From NCBI GenBank assembly GCA_965228735.1, contig OZ245838.1:7040001-7104000 (forward strand): a stretch of 64,000 bases of DNA. Direction: 5' to 3'. Both the position numbers and the translations under genes were made by a program. The stretch comes from Planctomycetota bacterium (lineage in GTDB: Bacteria; Planctomycetota; UBA1135; UBA2386). A model generated the notes under the pieces. The model did no database searches. It was not told the DNA's origin and worked only from the letters and a program-made list of their open reading frames with translations. Within the stretch, counting starts at the first letter, position 1. Each line of letters starts with the position of its first letter. This document shows, piece by piece, positions 48,216 to 59,104 of this stretch.

Positions 48216-50060
48216 CTAATCGTGGCGGAACACGAGCACGCGCGGGCGGTCGGCCGGGATGCGTTCGACGAGCGTCCAGCCCGCCGGTGGGTCGGCGACG
48301 ACGAGGCCGCGCTCGGGATCGTCGCGCACCCAGCTCGCGCAGATGCGGTGCGCGCGCTCTCCCGTCGGCGGCTCGACGATCGCGAAGCGCACGGTGCGGC
48401 CCCACGGCAGGTTCATCACGTCGGCCAGCTCGGCCTCGGTGTGCGGGAACGGATACCGCGTGCCTTGCACGTGCTCGTCCCAGTCCGCGGTGCGGCCGTC
48501 GGTCGGCCCGAGCAGGTAGTGCAGGTGACCGGCCCGGCCGACGTGCTCGCGCAAGAACGCGTGCACGGCCGGTTGTTCGGGTGCCGGCGAGAACCGGTTC
48601 GGATCGAAGGTCAGCGCGCCGCAGGTCAGGCTCTGGATGGCGAGGCCGAGTCCAACAAGGAGCGCGATGATCGGCGGCGCGACCCGCAGGGGCTGCGGCA
48701 GCCGCGCGACGTGGCCCGCGATCGGGGCCAGCAGCAGCGGCACGAGCACCGCGAGGAAGCGCCAGCCGGGGACGACCTGGGCGTACCACGCGAACGGCAG
48801 GAAGAACAGGACGAAGAGCAGCAGCAGCAAGGAGCGGCGCGCCGGCCGGTCGTCGGTCCACAGCGCGATGCCGACCCAGAGCAGCAAGGGCAGGCCGCAC
48901 GCCAGCGCGGGGTCGACGGGCGAGAAGATCTCGAGCTGGTGCAGCCCCTGTTTGACCGAGCCGAGTCCGAGTCGCATCGCGATGTCGACGATCGAGTGGG
49001 TCGCGAGGTAGTGCGACAGGCTCGCCTGCGCCATCGCGTCCGGGTCGAAGAACGCGTTCCAGCTGTCGAGCCAGAACACCTTGCTCGTGTTGATGTTCCA
49101 GAGCGGCGTGCCGAACACGACGGCGTTGCGCCAGAGTAAAGGCAGCGCCGTGAGCGCGAACGCGGGCACGAGCACGGCGATCGCCGGCAGCGCGCGGTGG
49201 CGCCGCCGAGCGAGCAGCCACAGCACGGTCGTGACCACGAGGAGCGTGCCGGTGCCCTTGAGCAGATAGGCGAGTCCCGCGGCGACGCCCGCGACCGCCC
49301 AGGTCCACCAGCGTTGGCGTTCGCGCTCGCGATCGACGTGGTCGACCCAAACGAGCAGCGCGGCCATCTGCCAGCTCTCGCACGCGACCATCGTCGCGTG
49401 ATCCAGGAACGTGCCGTTCGTGAGCACGAGTGCAGAGACGGCGAGGCTCGGTCCGTCGCCCCATCGCCGGCGGCAATAGCGCAGCACGAGCAGCAGGGTC
49501 GCGATCGCGCCGGCGAGCGCTAGGAGGCGCGCGCGATCGGAGAACCGGTCGCTCCGTTCGGCGAACGTCGACAGCGCGGCCATGTAGAGCGGGTGCTGGT
49601 TGTCGCGGCGGTACTCGCCGCGAAAACACCGGCCCGGCAGCGCCGCGGCCCCGCCCGCGTCCGCGATCTCCAGACTCTGCGACAGGTAGAACTTCGCGTC
49701 CTTCGTCAGCGTGTGGTCGGTCGCGATGCGCGCGAGCCCCGTCAGCGCGAGGGCGAGCACGAGCAGGCCGGCAAAGAGCGGATACCGACGAACGCGCAGT
49801 TCGGCCGGTGGCGCCTGCGGCAGGCGGGCGAGTCGCAGGGCGTGGGGGAGCAGGAGCGCGATCGGCAGCGCGAACAGCAGCGCGAAGCGGAGTCCGTTCG
49901 CGATCTCGGGGGTCACGAAGTCGACGTCGCCGTCGCTCGCGAACCCGTCGATCAGCGCTTTCCAGTCCGCGCCCGACCAGATCGCTCCCGCGATGGTCGC
50001 GGCTCCGCAGAGCCCGAGCAGCGCTCGGGTGATCCTCGTCCTGGCCGTCGCGCCGGTCAT
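48216..50060 (-). CDS. ArnT/GT39-like (GT-C) membrane glycosyltransferase
   Basis: D...Y, HPLY, AGLAYLLKGT, WRN...FGTP motifs; many TM helices. Confidence 0.75.
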   Translation of the reverse strand: MTGATARTRITRALLGLCGAATIAGAIWSGADWKALIDGFASDGDVDFVTPEIANGLRFALLFALPIALLLPHALRLARLPQAPPAELRVRRYPLFAGLLVLALALTGLARIATDHTLTKDAKFYLSQSLEIADAGGAAALPGRCFRGEYRRDNQHPLYMAALSTFAERSDRFSDRARLLALAGAIATLLLVLRYCRRRWGDGPSLAVSALVLTNGTFLDHATMVACESWQMAALLVWVDHVDRERERQRWWTWAVAGVAAGLAYLLKGTGTLLVVTTVLWLLARRRHRALPAIAVLVPAFALTALPLLWRNAVVFGTPLWNINTSKVFWLDSWNAFFDPDAMAQASLSHYLATHSIVDIAMRLGLGSVKQGLHQLEIFSPVDPALACGLPLLLWVGIALWTDDRPARRSLLLLLFVLFFLPFAWYAQVVPGWRFLAVLVPLLLAPIAGHVARLPQPLRVAPPIIALLVGLGLAIQSLTCGALTFDPNRFSPAPEQPAVHAFLREHVGRAGHLHYLLGPTDGRTADWDEHVQGTRYPFPHTEAELADVMNLPWGRTVRFAIVEPPTGERAHRICASWVRDDPERGLVVADPPAGWTLVERIPADRPRVLVFRHD

Positions 50061-50101
50061 CGGCGGCGGATGATACGGCCGTTGCCGCCGAGCGCCCCTG
50101 T

Positions 50102-52261
50102 TCAGCCGGCGTTCTTGCGGCGCCGCGCCGGACGCTTGGGCGCGCGCCGTTGCGCATCGCGACTCGGAGGCTCGAGGTCGAACGGCTCGCCGTTCTGCGT
50201 GCGGCAGAGGATCCGCTGGTGCCCGTCGATCACCGCCGGCCGGAGCACCACGCCGCGGGTGCAGAGCTCCGCGACCTGTTGCCGCGTCAGCGTCAGGCCG
50301 CGGTAGACCTTGGGCAGGCGGAACTCGCAGTTCTCGCGCCATCGCGAGCACCCGTACGCCTTCTGGCCCTCGACGACCGGCGCCTGGCAGCGCGGGCAGT
50401 TGCCGAGCGAATTGCTCGCGACCGGGGCCAGGCCGCCGCCGACGATCTGCTCCGTGCTGCTCACGATCTCCGCCATGAACTCGTCGCGGGCGCGCTGTCC
50501 GCGTTCGATCTGACCGAGCTTGAACTCCCACTCACCGGTCAGCTCCGGTGACTTGAGAACGGGCGACGCGATGATCGCGACGAGGTAGCGGCCGAGGTCG
50601 GTGACGCGCAGCGCCTTCTTGTCGCGGCGGATGTAGCGGCGCGACAACAGCGTCTCGACGATCGCCGCGCGCGTTGCCGGGGTGCCGAGGCCGCGGCCGC
50701 GCATCGCCTCGCGCAGCTGCTCGTCGTCCACGAGTTTGCCCGACGTCTCCATCGCCGCGAGCAGCGTGTTCTCGGTGAACGGGCGCGGCGGCTTGGTCTT
50801 GCCCTCGTGCAGCTCCGGCTCGTGGGGGCCGCTCTCGCCCTCGGTGAGCTCCGGCAGCTCCTGGGCGTCGTCGTCGTCGTCCGCCGGCTTCTTCTTGCTG
50901 CTCTTCTTCTTCGCCGCCTTCTTCGCCGTCTTTTTATGGGCCTCCTTCGGCTCGAGCGCGCTCCAACCCGGGTCGGTGATGACCACCCCGCGCGCGCGGA
51001 ACGGCACGTCCGCGGCGACCGCGTGCGCCGTCGTCACGTCCTGCTGCTTGTCGCCGAGGAACACCTGCACGAGGCGCGTCGCGACCGCGTCGAACACCTG
51101 CTGCTGTTCACCGGACAGCGCTTGGATCGCCCCCGTCGGCACGATCGCGTGGTGGTCGCTGACCTTGTTGTCGTCGAACACGCGCCGTGGTGCTGCACGC
51201 GGGCCGCGCTCGCCCTCGGGCGCGCCGCCGATCCAGTCCGCGAGGAGCTGCATCGCCTCCGGGTTCCAGCCACGCAGCTTGCCGAGCGTCTGCCGCACCG
51301 GCTCGATCATGTCCTTGCTCAGATGGCGACTGTCCGTTCGGGGGTAGGTCAGCAGCTTCTTCTCGTAGAGCTCCTGCGCGACCTCGAGCGTGCGCGCCGC
51401 GGACATGCCGTGGCGCTGGTTCATGTCGCGCTGCAGCTGCGTGAGGTCGTAGAGCAGCGGCGGCGGCTGCGACTCGCTCTTCTTCTCGATCTTCTGGATC
51501 GTGAGGGGCTCGCCCTCGACCTTCTGCAGCAGCTCGGCGGCCGGCTCCTGCTCGCGGAACCGGTCACCGGTGAACTTGAAGCGCGCCGCGCGATACTTCG
51601 TGCGCAGCTCCCAGAACGGCCGCGGATCGAACACCCGGATCTCGTCGTCGCGCTGCGCGATCATCGCGAGCACCGGGGTCTGCACGCGGCCGAGGCTCCA
51701 CAGCACGCTGCCGCCGCCGAACTTCACCGTGTAGGCTCGCGTCGCGTTGAGGCCGACGATCCAGTCGGCCTCGCTGCGGCTGCGCGCCGCGCTGTGCAGG
51801 TGCTCGTACTCGCGGCCCGACTTGCGCGACTCGAGCGCCTTCTTGATCGCCGTCTCGGTCAACGAGCTGAGCCACAGCCGCGTGTGCTCGCGTTCGGGGC
51901 AGCCCGCGTACTCGAGGATGTAGCGGAAGATGAGCTCGCCCTCGCGGCCCGCGTCCGTCGCGCACACGAGCTCGTCGGCGGTGCGGCAGAGCTCGGCGAC
52001 GATGTCGAGCTGCTCCTTGCGGCCGCTCGCGTCGGTCGGCTTGAGCTCGAAGCGCTGCGGCACGAACGGCAGCCGTTCGAGCGACCAACGCTTCAACGCC
52101 GGGTCGTACTCGTCGGGCGACTTGAGCGTCGCGAGGTGGCCGAGCGCCCAGGTGACGCGCCAGCCATTGCCCTCGAGGTAGCCGTCGCGGCGCTGGTTGG
52201 CCCCGAGGACCTTGGCGAGGTCCCTGGCAACCGACGGTTTCTCGGCCACGACGACGTTCAC
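50102..52261 (-). CDS. topB: DNA topoisomerase III
   Basis: VVAEKPSVARDLA, ATDAGREGELIF, SLGRVQTP, LTYPRTDS, GLGTPATRA; C-terminal zinc ribbon. Confidence 0.95.
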   Translation of the reverse strand: MNVVVAEKPSVARDLAKVLGANQRRDGYLEGNGWRVTWALGHLATLKSPDEYDPALKRWSLERLPFVPQRFELKPTDASGRKEQLDIVAELCRTADELVCATDAGREGELIFRYILEYAGCPEREHTRLWLSSLTETAIKKALESRKSGREYEHLHSAARSRSEADWIVGLNATRAYTVKFGGGSVLWSLGRVQTPVLAMIAQRDDEIRVFDPRPFWELRTKYRAARFKFTGDRFREQEPAAELLQKVEGEPLTIQKIEKKSESQPPPLLYDLTQLQRDMNQRHGMSAARTLEVAQELYEKKLLTYPRTDSRHLSKDMIEPVRQTLGKLRGWNPEAMQLLADWIGGAPEGERGPRAAPRRVFDDNKVSDHHAIVPTGAIQALSGEQQQVFDAVATRLVQVFLGDKQQDVTTAHAVAADVPFRARGVVITDPGWSALEPKEAHKKTAKKAAKKKSSKKKPADDDDDAQELPELTEGESGPHEPELHEGKTKPPRPFTENTLLAAMETSGKLVDDEQLREAMRGRGLGTPATRAAIVETLLSRRYIRRDKKALRVTDLGRYLVAIIASPVLKSPELTGEWEFKLGQIERGQRARDEFMAEIVSSTEQIVGGGLAPVASNSLGNCPRCQAPVVEGQKAYGCSRWRENCEFRLPKVYRGLTLTRQQVAELCTRGVVLRPAVIDGHQRILCRTQNGEPFDLEPPSRDAQRRAPKRPARRRKNAG

Positions 52262-52324
52262 GCCGTCGCACCGTAGAGAACGGCGCAGCTATCGCAAGTC
52301 GCGAGCGTGCTGCCGTGCTCGGCC

Positions 52325-55300
52325 TTACCGCACGACGAAGTCGCGTTCGATCTCGGTGCGGCTCGCCGGGATCGTGAGAGGTTGATCACGCAGCGGCTGA
52401 CCCATGCCACGTGAGATCGCGATCGTGTAGCTCGGGCCGCGGGTCAGCACGATGCGAAAGCGGCCGTCCTTGCCCGTGCTCTGCCAGCCGCTCACGGGGT
52501 GGAGTTCGAGCGTGCCGCCGTGCTGCGGCACGTGCGTTCGGCCGCCGACGATCGCGCTGCCGACCGGCTTCTTGGCATTGTCGATCGTGCGACCCGTGAC
52601 CGTGACCTCCTCGCGACCGACGTAGCGGCCGTCGCGGAACGGCACGAGGTCGATTCGCACCGGCGTCGGATCCCGGCTCGGCAGCGCATCGCAGCGGAAC
52701 CTTTGTTTTTCGAACGGATTCCGCACATGCACGTACCGAGCGTTCGGGTCGGCGTGGAACGTGAGCGCCTGTTCGCGGGCGTCGAGGCCCTCGGCGCGGA
52801 AGCGCCCCTCGGCATCCGTGCGCACGCTGACGGTCGTGCCGTCCTGCCCTTGCCCATTCACGTAGACCCGCCCGTTCGCCAGCGGCTCGCCCGCGACGGT
52901 TACGACGCCCGCTACGGCGAGTCCGGTCCAGCGCAGCGTGAAGACGTATCCCGGCTGCGCGTCCTTCGGCAGCTGCAGTGACCAGCGGCGGCCGTCCGGC
53001 GCGGTCACGTACAGGTAGGCCTCCGGCACGAGATCCAAGGGCACGCTGCCGTCCGCCCCGACGTCGACCGGCTCGTGATCGGGAAGCTGCGCCGCGGACG
53101 CGCGGGCGCGGAAGCCCTGGAACCCGCCATCGGGCCCTTCGCCGGCGAACGCGAGGAACGGGCGGATCGTCGGGTTGGCGGGAATCCGCAGTTCAACGAC
53201 AGGTCGTTCGCCGGCCGCGGCTTCGATGGTCTCGACGATCGCACCGACCCACGAGTGCTCGGCTGCCTGCCGCGGCGCAAAGACCTTGAGCTGGCCCGGG
53301 GCGAACGGGCCGAGTACGGCCTTGCCGGTGGCGTCGGTGCGGGCGCGCCGCTGCTGATGATCGACGGTTCCGATGGCGACGTTGTGATCGGCGCGCGGCT
53401 TGCCGTCCGGGCCGACGACGTGGACCTCGACGTGCACGGCGCCCGCGAGGTCGATCACGCGGTCGTCGTCGTCAGCCGCCACCGCTACCGCGAACTGCGC
53501 TTCGCAGAGCTCGCCGACGAACACCTCGCACAGGTAGTTGCCGGCCGGCGCCGTGAGCTCGAACTGGCCCTCGCTCGTCGTAGTCGCCGCGTCGATCACG
53601 CACTCGGTGTTGTGCTGCCAGTTGAGCTGATTGAACGGGCGCAGCTGCACGTTGGCGCCGGCTACCGGGTCCGTTCCACGCACGACGCGGCCCGCGAAAC
53701 GGGCCGGCGCGCCGGGTTCGAGCTGGACCTCGTGCGGCTGCAGGTCGGCGCCGAAGAGCTCGATGCGTTGCAGGACCGCCGGCCGATACCCGTCGGCCCA
53801 CACCGTGACATCGAGCTGACTCGGAAACACACCGCGATGCTCCCGCGGCATCTCGAGCACCTGCTGCGCCCGGAACGGCGCGAGCGCGAACCAGCCGTCC
53901 TCGGCGTGGAACGTGCCGGTGTGTCGCGGCGTGCCGTTGTCGTCCGCCGAACGGATTCGGATCGTCTCGATCGGTCGCCCGGTCGCCTTGTCCGTGACAT
54001 GGATCCGCGCCCCGCCCCAACGCGTCACGTGCACGGTGCCCGCCTCGTCGGTCGACAGGCTCGTCGACGTGATCCAGCGTTGCCCGTTCTGCTTGATGAT
54101 GTTGCGGGTCACGGTCCACCCCGGCGTGAGGCACGTGACGCTGACGCTCGTTGCGCCGACCCGCGCCGTGAAGCGGCCCTTGCCGTCGGTCTCCGTGAAC
54201 CACTGGCCGCCCTCGCCTTCGAGTCGGAGCCGCAGCGGTTCGGGGACCAGTTGTTCGTGGTCGGTGAGCACGAACCCGACGAGCTCGCGCACGGGCCACA
54301 GGCTGATCGTGAGGGCCGCGTTCGTCGCGCCGTCCGTGCTCGTGGTCGAGCGGACCACGCCGAACCGCGGGCCAGAGGTTGGGTCACCCTCGAACGCGAA
54401 CCGGCGCGGCGCGCGGCCGTCGGCGCGGGCCTCGACCACGACGCCGGTCAGGGGGACCGGCAGTGCGCAGCGGCCGTCCGAGTCGGTCGTGCGGCGCAGC
54501 AGCGCTGGCTTGGTCTCGTCCCGAGGCGGCACGAGGAACGGGTGCTCGGCGCCGCGCAGCGTGACGTCGAGGGGCAGGTCCCGTGGGATGCGAACGGATT
54601 CGCCGAGGTCGTGGGGGATGCCGGTCGCACCCATCTGCGTGGTGCCGGCGAGCTCGCGCTGCAGCTCGAGCAGCGTGAGCTCGCGGGGGCCGAACAGCGC
54701 GAGGTCGGCGCCTTCGATCGGCTGTCTCGTCACGCCGTCGATCACCTGCACGTCGAGAGTCCAGGCCGCTTCGACGACGGCATCGACGACGGGGGCGGCG
54801 ACGCGCTCGGCGGCCGCGGGTGTCACGTTCCGGTCGCTGGCGCGCTTCGGCGTCGACGGCTCGACGGACGCCGGGGTGGGGGCGGGTGCCGCTACGTGAT
54901 CGGTCCGTGGCGTGTCGCTCTCGCCCGGCCACCAGGCCACGCCGAGAACGGTCACGCAGACGGCGACGAGCGCTGTGAGAACGACGGTTTGCTTGCTCAT
55001 GACGATTCCCAGAACGGTGATGCCGGCGCCCGTTGCGGCGACGGCGCCCGCGGCCGCCTTGGCCGCGGTGAGGCGCGCGCCGGCGGCGATGACCTCGGTG
55101 CGGATCGCGGCGAGCCCGCGCGTCGCGGTCATCGCGGTCGCGGCGAGGGCGGTGGCGAGTCCCGCCGGCAGCGCGCGCCGCGCCATCTCGAGGCCGCGGT
55201 GGATCTGCGAGCGCACGGTCGCCGGGCTGCGGTCGAGGACGAGCGCGATCTCGGCCGGCTCCATGCCGTGCACGAGGCGCAGCAGGGTCGGCTCGCGGAA

Positions 55301-55696
55301 CGGTTCGCGCAGGCGTTCGATCGCGTTGCGGGCCGTGTCCGACAGTTCGCGGTCCGCGACGCCGTCGGCCGGCTGCGGCTCAGTGCCCGAGACCTGATCG
55401 CCGTCCGCGCCGAGGTCGGGCGAGCGTCGACTGCGGCGACGCTCGCTCTTGGCCCGGTTGGTCAGGATCCCGGCAAGCCACGGCGTGACGGACCGCTTGC
55501 CCTCGAAGCGGTCGGCGCTCTCGATGGCGGCGAGGAACGTGTCCTGCAGCAGATCTTCGGCGGCGGCGACGTCGCGGGTCAGGTGCGACGCGAGGCGCAG
55601 CAGCTCCGGCGCGACCCGGTCGAACAGCTTCGCGAGGGCGTCGACCTGATCGCGGTCGCGCCAGCGCAGAAACAGTCGGGTCGCTCGGTCTCGCAT
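52325..55696 (-). CDS. ECF sigma factor with TM helix and carboxypeptidase-regulatory-like repeats
   Basis: AAEDLLQDTFL, ATVRSQIHRGL; TM helix; repeated TD..GRF beta-sandwich motifs. Confidence 0.85.
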   Translation of the reverse strand: MRDRATRLFLRWRDRDQVDALAKLFDRVAPELLRLASHLTRDVAAAEDLLQDTFLAAIESADRFEGKRSVTPWLAGILTNRAKSERRRSRRSPDLGADGDQVSGTEPQPADGVADRELSDTARNAIERLREPFREPTLLRLVHGMEPAEIALVLDRSPATVRSQIHRGLEMARRALPAGLATALAATAMTATRGLAAIRTEVIAAGARLTAAKAAAGAVAATGAGITVLGIVMSKQTVVLTALVAVCVTVLGVAWWPGESDTPRTDHVAAPAPTPASVEPSTPKRASDRNVTPAAAERVAAPVVDAVVEAAWTLDVQVIDGVTRQPIEGADLALFGPRELTLLELQRELAGTTQMGATGIPHDLGESVRIPRDLPLDVTLRGAEHPFLVPPRDETKPALLRRTTDSDGRCALPVPLTGVVVEARADGRAPRRFAFEGDPTSGPRFGVVRSTTSTDGATNAALTISLWPVRELVGFVLTDHEQLVPEPLRLRLEGEGGQWFTETDGKGRFTARVGATSVSVTCLTPGWTVTRNIIKQNGQRWITSTSLSTDEAGTVHVTRWGGARIHVTDKATGRPIETIRIRSADDNGTPRHTGTFHAEDGWFALAPFRAQQVLEMPREHRGVFPSQLDVTVWADGYRPAVLQRIELFGADLQPHEVQLEPGAPARFAGRVVRGTDPVAGANVQLRPFNQLNWQHNTECVIDAATTTSEGQFELTAPAGNYLCEVFVGELCEAQFAVAVAADDDDRVIDLAGAVHVEVHVVGPDGKPRADHNVAIGTVDHQQRRARTDATGKAVLGPFAPGQLKVFAPRQAAEHSWVGAIVETIEAAAGERPVVELRIPANPTIRPFLAFAGEGPDGGFQGFRARASAAQLPDHEPVDVGADGSVPLDLVPEAYLYVTAPDGRRWSLQLPKDAQPGYVFTLRWTGLAVAGVVTVAGEPLANGRVYVNGQGQDGTTVSVRTDAEGRFRAEGLDAREQALTFHADPNARYVHVRNPFEKQRFRCDALPSRDPTPVRIDLVPFRDGRYVGREEVTVTGRTIDNAKKPVGSAIVGGRTHVPQHGGTLELHPVSGWQSTGKDGRFRIVLTRGPSYTIAISRGMGQPLRDQPLTIPASRTEIERDFVVR

Positions 55697-55862
55697 TCGT
55701 TGGTTCTGGACTGGGGATGGGGGGGCGTTCCCGGATTCTCGCCAAAACCGTCAGCGCGTGCAGCGTGGGATCCCGCGCGCCGCATCCGATGAATACGAGC
55801 GTGTGACGAAGCGGGGACGGCAACGTTGCCCTCCGGCCGGCGGAACTCGCTACCCTGCGCCG

Positions 55863-56885
55863 ATGAACACCACGATCGGCAGCGGTCTCGCCGCGTTCGT
55901 TCTCGCCGGCGCGCTCCAGGCGCCGAACCTGCTCGCGCAGAATCACGTGTCGTATCCGCAGGACACGACGACGGGCGGCAACGGCAACAACATCGCGTTC
56001 GGCGTGAGTTCGGGTGCCAGCCTCGACGAAGGGCGGTATCAGCAGCTGATCCCGCGCACGCATCTGCCGAGCACGGGCGCCGTGATCCTCGGCGTGGAGG
56101 TCGTCTCGCGGGCGCTGCAGCCGCACACGCTCACGCACGAGTCGCTGCAGATCACGCTGAGCCACGACGCGCGGACGCAGCTCGATCCGAGCGCGGCGAC
56201 CAACCTGCCCGCGCCGGTCGTCGTGCTAGCAGTGCAGAACTTCAGCAACGCCTACGCCGCGGGGCAGTGGTCGGCGATCCAGTTCACGACGCCGTTCGTC
56301 TACGACGGGGTGAGTGACCTCGTGATCGACGTGCAGAAGGTGTTCGACCGATCGACGTCGACGGTGCCGGTCGGGGGCTCGAGCATGAGCCGAGCCGGCC
56401 ACCCGGGACGGCCCGACCTGCCGGACTCGCGCTGGGCATTCGGGTCGTACGGCAGCGGCGCTGCGACGAGCTCGACGTTGAACTTCTTCGGTGACCCGCT
56501 GCTGTTGCGTCTTCAGGTCGGCGGCCTGCCGACGACGGTGCTGCGCGGCGACCGGGTGGGCAACACCGGCAACTTCTTCGCGCTGGCCAACCCGTTCGAG
56601 GTCGAGGTGCGCGCGGCGAGCGGCGATCTGTTCGGGGTCTTCGCGTCGACGAGCTTCCAGGCACCGATGACCTTTCCGCTGCTGTCCGGCACGCTGCAGA
56701 TCACGCTGCCACAGACGCTGAAGGTCGGCCTGATGCCGGCAACCGGGGTCGATGTCACGACGATCACGCTGCCGAACAACAACGCGTTCGTCGGCACGCA
56801 CCTCACGTTCCAGTCCGGCGTCGTGCCGAGCGGCGCGGGCTCGGGGCTCTGGACCAACGCGACGGACATGTTCGTGAATCCGTAG
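55863..56885 (+). CDS. Secreted protein with shared C-terminal domain
   Basis: Signal peptide ending LLA-Q; RYQQL, PFVYDG.SDLVID; C-terminal LPNNNAFVG...FQ...WTNA. Confidence 0.78.
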   Translation: MNTTIGSGLAAFVLAGALQAPNLLAQNHVSYPQDTTTGGNGNNIAFGVSSGASLDEGRYQQLIPRTHLPSTGAVILGVEVVSRALQPHTLTHESLQITLSHDARTQLDPSAATNLPAPVVVLAVQNFSNAYAAGQWSAIQFTTPFVYDGVSDLVIDVQKVFDRSTSTVPVGGSSMSRAGHPGRPDLPDSRWAFGSYGSGAATSSTLNFFGDPLLLRLQVGGLPTTVLRGDRVGNTGNFFALANPFEVEVRAASGDLFGVFASTSFQAPMTFPLLSGTLQITLPQTLKVGLMPATGVDVTTITLPNNNAFVGTHLTFQSGVVPSGAGSGLWTNATDMFVNP

Positions 56886-56937
56886 CGCGATAGCGATCGC
56901 CGAAGCCGCCGCCGAACGTATGCTCCCTGCCCGATCC

Positions 56938-57300
56938 ATGAAGCAACTGCTGTCCCCGCTGCTCCTGCTGCTGTTTCTCCTGCTGGGCGCCTGCGCCTCC
57001 GCGCCGCCCGGCCGCACCGTGTACCTGCTCGGCGACTTCTCGCCCGCGAACGAACGCGCCGAGCTCGTGCGCTGGCTCGAAGCCAACGGCCACACGGTCG
57101 TGCAGACGATCGACGATTCGGTCGAACTCGTCGTCGTCGGCCGCAACCCGCGCGGCGCCGATGGCGCAGGCGCGGTGCCGCTCGACGAACTGCCGGACTA
57201 CAACACCGCGATCGCCCTCGACCTCGACCTCGTCGCGGCGCGCGACCTGCCGGCCCGCCTCGGCCACGGCGGGCCCTACGTGCCGACGGTCGATCGCTGA
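56938..57300 (+). CDS. Lipoprotein with a BRCT-like domain
   Basis: Lipobox LGAC; VYLLGDF...RAELVRWLEANGHTVVQTIDDSVELVVVG. Confidence 0.6.
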   Translation: MKQLLSPLLLLLFLLLGACASAPPGRTVYLLGDFSPANERAELVRWLEANGHTVVQTIDDSVELVVVGRNPRGADGAGAVPLDELPDYNTAIALDLDLVAARDLPARLGHGGPYVPTVDR

Positions 57301-57306
57301 CGGCGC

Positions 57307-58935
57307 TCAGTCGGGCAGCGTGATGTCACCGAGGTCGACGTCCGCGTTGACCGGCACTTCGAACTCGGTCAGCAGGGTGTGGTGGTCCTGCCAACCGACG
57401 CGCAGGTCGTGGCGGCCAGGGCGAACGGTGAACTCGAACGCGCCGGTCGCGTCGGAATGCCCGCCGCGACCGCCCCAGTCCAGGTGGTCGTGGGCGTGAG
57501 CGGTGATCAGCACCCGCGGCGCGGGTTCTCCGGACCGGGTCCGCAGAGTGCCGCGAGCCCGCTGTGGACGCCGAACTATGACCGGTTCGAGTTCCGTCGT
57601 GCGGCCGGCGGTGAGGCTGAAACGCGGACTCCTCCCCTGGAGTTCAAACTTCTCGACGGCGACGAACACGCCGTCGCCGATGTCCGCGTTGAGGCCCGCG
57701 AATGCGAATCGACCGGTCGCATCGGTGTCCGTCGTGAGGATCCGGCTCGTGTGCGGCCCACGCGGCGTTTGCCAGTGCAGGAAGAGCGTGGCCGATGCGC
57801 CGGCGAGTGGCGCGCCGTCCGCCGTCACGCACCGGCCAGTCACCCCGGCGGCGGCCGCAGTGTGGATGACGATCTCGTCACGGATCGGCGGGTAGCGATA
57901 CAGCATGTGGCGGCAGTGCAGGCTGCGTGCGGCCTCGGGATCGCGCTCGTCGACGACCCGGGGGCCGTCGCCGAGAGTCAGGACGATGTGATTGTCGTCC
58001 GGTGTGCGGCAGACGAACTCGAACCGACCTTCCCCATCCGTCGTGAGGCGATGATCGGGGCCGAAGTTCTCGTGGACGAGGACCACGTGCCCGGCGACGG
58101 GGGCGTCGCGCTCGTCGAGGACCCGGCCGCGCACGATCCGTTCGGGATACGGGCGAAACGTCGTGACCCAGTCGATCCGGCCCGGTCGCGGGTCCGGGTC
58201 GAGTCCCTGGTTGATCGGGTCCGGATACATCCCGTCACACCAGATCCCGGCCGAGAGTTCGAGGTCCGTCGGGAGACCCGCCAGCGTGACCTCGTCGGTC
58301 TCGTCGATCGTGCCCTCGATATGAAGGCTCGGGGGGTAGTTGGAGAAGAGGGTGTACCGCGTCGGCAGGTAGGCCCCTTCGCGCTCGATGCGAATGCGGA
58401 TCCAGCGCCCGTTGGCCGGCTCGAGCCGCAGGTCGAGCGTCGTATCCGATTCGACGACGCGTTCGAGAACGACCATCTGGTAACCGTTGCGCCACACGTT
58501 GAAGTGGTGACGACCTGGCTCCAGCTCGAGCGTGTAGCGCCCGTCCCGATCCGTGATGGCCTGCTCGTAGCTCATGCGAACGGCGACCTCCGGGATCGGG
58601 TCGCCATGCGTATCCGTGACCTGGCCCGTGATCGACACCGTGTTCGTGAACGCGAAGCTCAGCGCCTGGCCACCTGCTTCGCGGTCGTGGTGCCACCCGA
58701 CCAGGTCCTTGTGCCCCGGCTTCGAGACGACGAGGCGCGATCGGCGTTCGTCGTCGCCGGGGACCTCGAACGCGAACTCGCCACGTTCGTCGGTCGTGGT
58801 CGCGGCGGTCGCCGTCGTGGAGTCGCCGCGATAGAGCGTGACGGCCGCCCCCGCGAGCGGCTGCCCGTCGATGTCGACGACGAGGCCGGCCAGTTGGATC
58901 GGGGTTGCAGCGTTCTGTCCGTTCGGGCGCGGCAT
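57307..58935 (-). CDS. Carboxypeptidase-regulatory-like repeat protein
   Basis: Several G.V.D..G.P / TD..GRF repeats; no obvious signal peptide. Confidence 0.75.
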   Translation of the reverse strand: MPRPNGQNAATPIQLAGLVVDIDGQPLAGAAVTLYRGDSTTATAATTTDERGEFAFEVPGDDERRSRLVVSKPGHKDLVGWHHDREAGGQALSFAFTNTVSITGQVTDTHGDPIPEVAVRMSYEQAITDRDGRYTLELEPGRHHFNVWRNGYQMVVLERVVESDTTLDLRLEPANGRWIRIRIEREGAYLPTRYTLFSNYPPSLHIEGTIDETDEVTLAGLPTDLELSAGIWCDGMYPDPINQGLDPDPRPGRIDWVTTFRPYPERIVRGRVLDERDAPVAGHVVLVHENFGPDHRLTTDGEGRFEFVCRTPDDNHIVLTLGDGPRVVDERDPEAARSLHCRHMLYRYPPIRDEIVIHTAAAAGVTGRCVTADGAPLAGASATLFLHWQTPRGPHTSRILTTDTDATGRFAFAGLNADIGDGVFVAVEKFELQGRSPRFSLTAGRTTELEPVIVRRPQRARGTLRTRSGEPAPRVLITAHAHDHLDWGGRGGHSDATGAFEFTVRPGRHDLRVGWQDHHTLLTEFEVPVNADVDLGDITLPD

Positions 58936-59104
58936 GGTGGCATCTGAGGTCGCGGATCGGCCGGGGAGGCGCGAGCGCGATCCTGCACTGCACCGCAGGA
59001 TAGTCGAGCCGGAGTGCTGCGAGTCCGGCAACCGCGGTGACGCTGGCCGGGTCGGTGACTATTCGCCGGTGTCGCTCGAATCCCTGGACCCTGGAGGCCT
59101 CCGT

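Noticed and set aside
50870..50940. Lys-rich then Asp-rich insertion in topB (KKTAKKAAKKKSSKKKPADDDDD)
   Set aside because: It lies in a variable loop where low-complexity insertions are common in TopB; the frame is intact.
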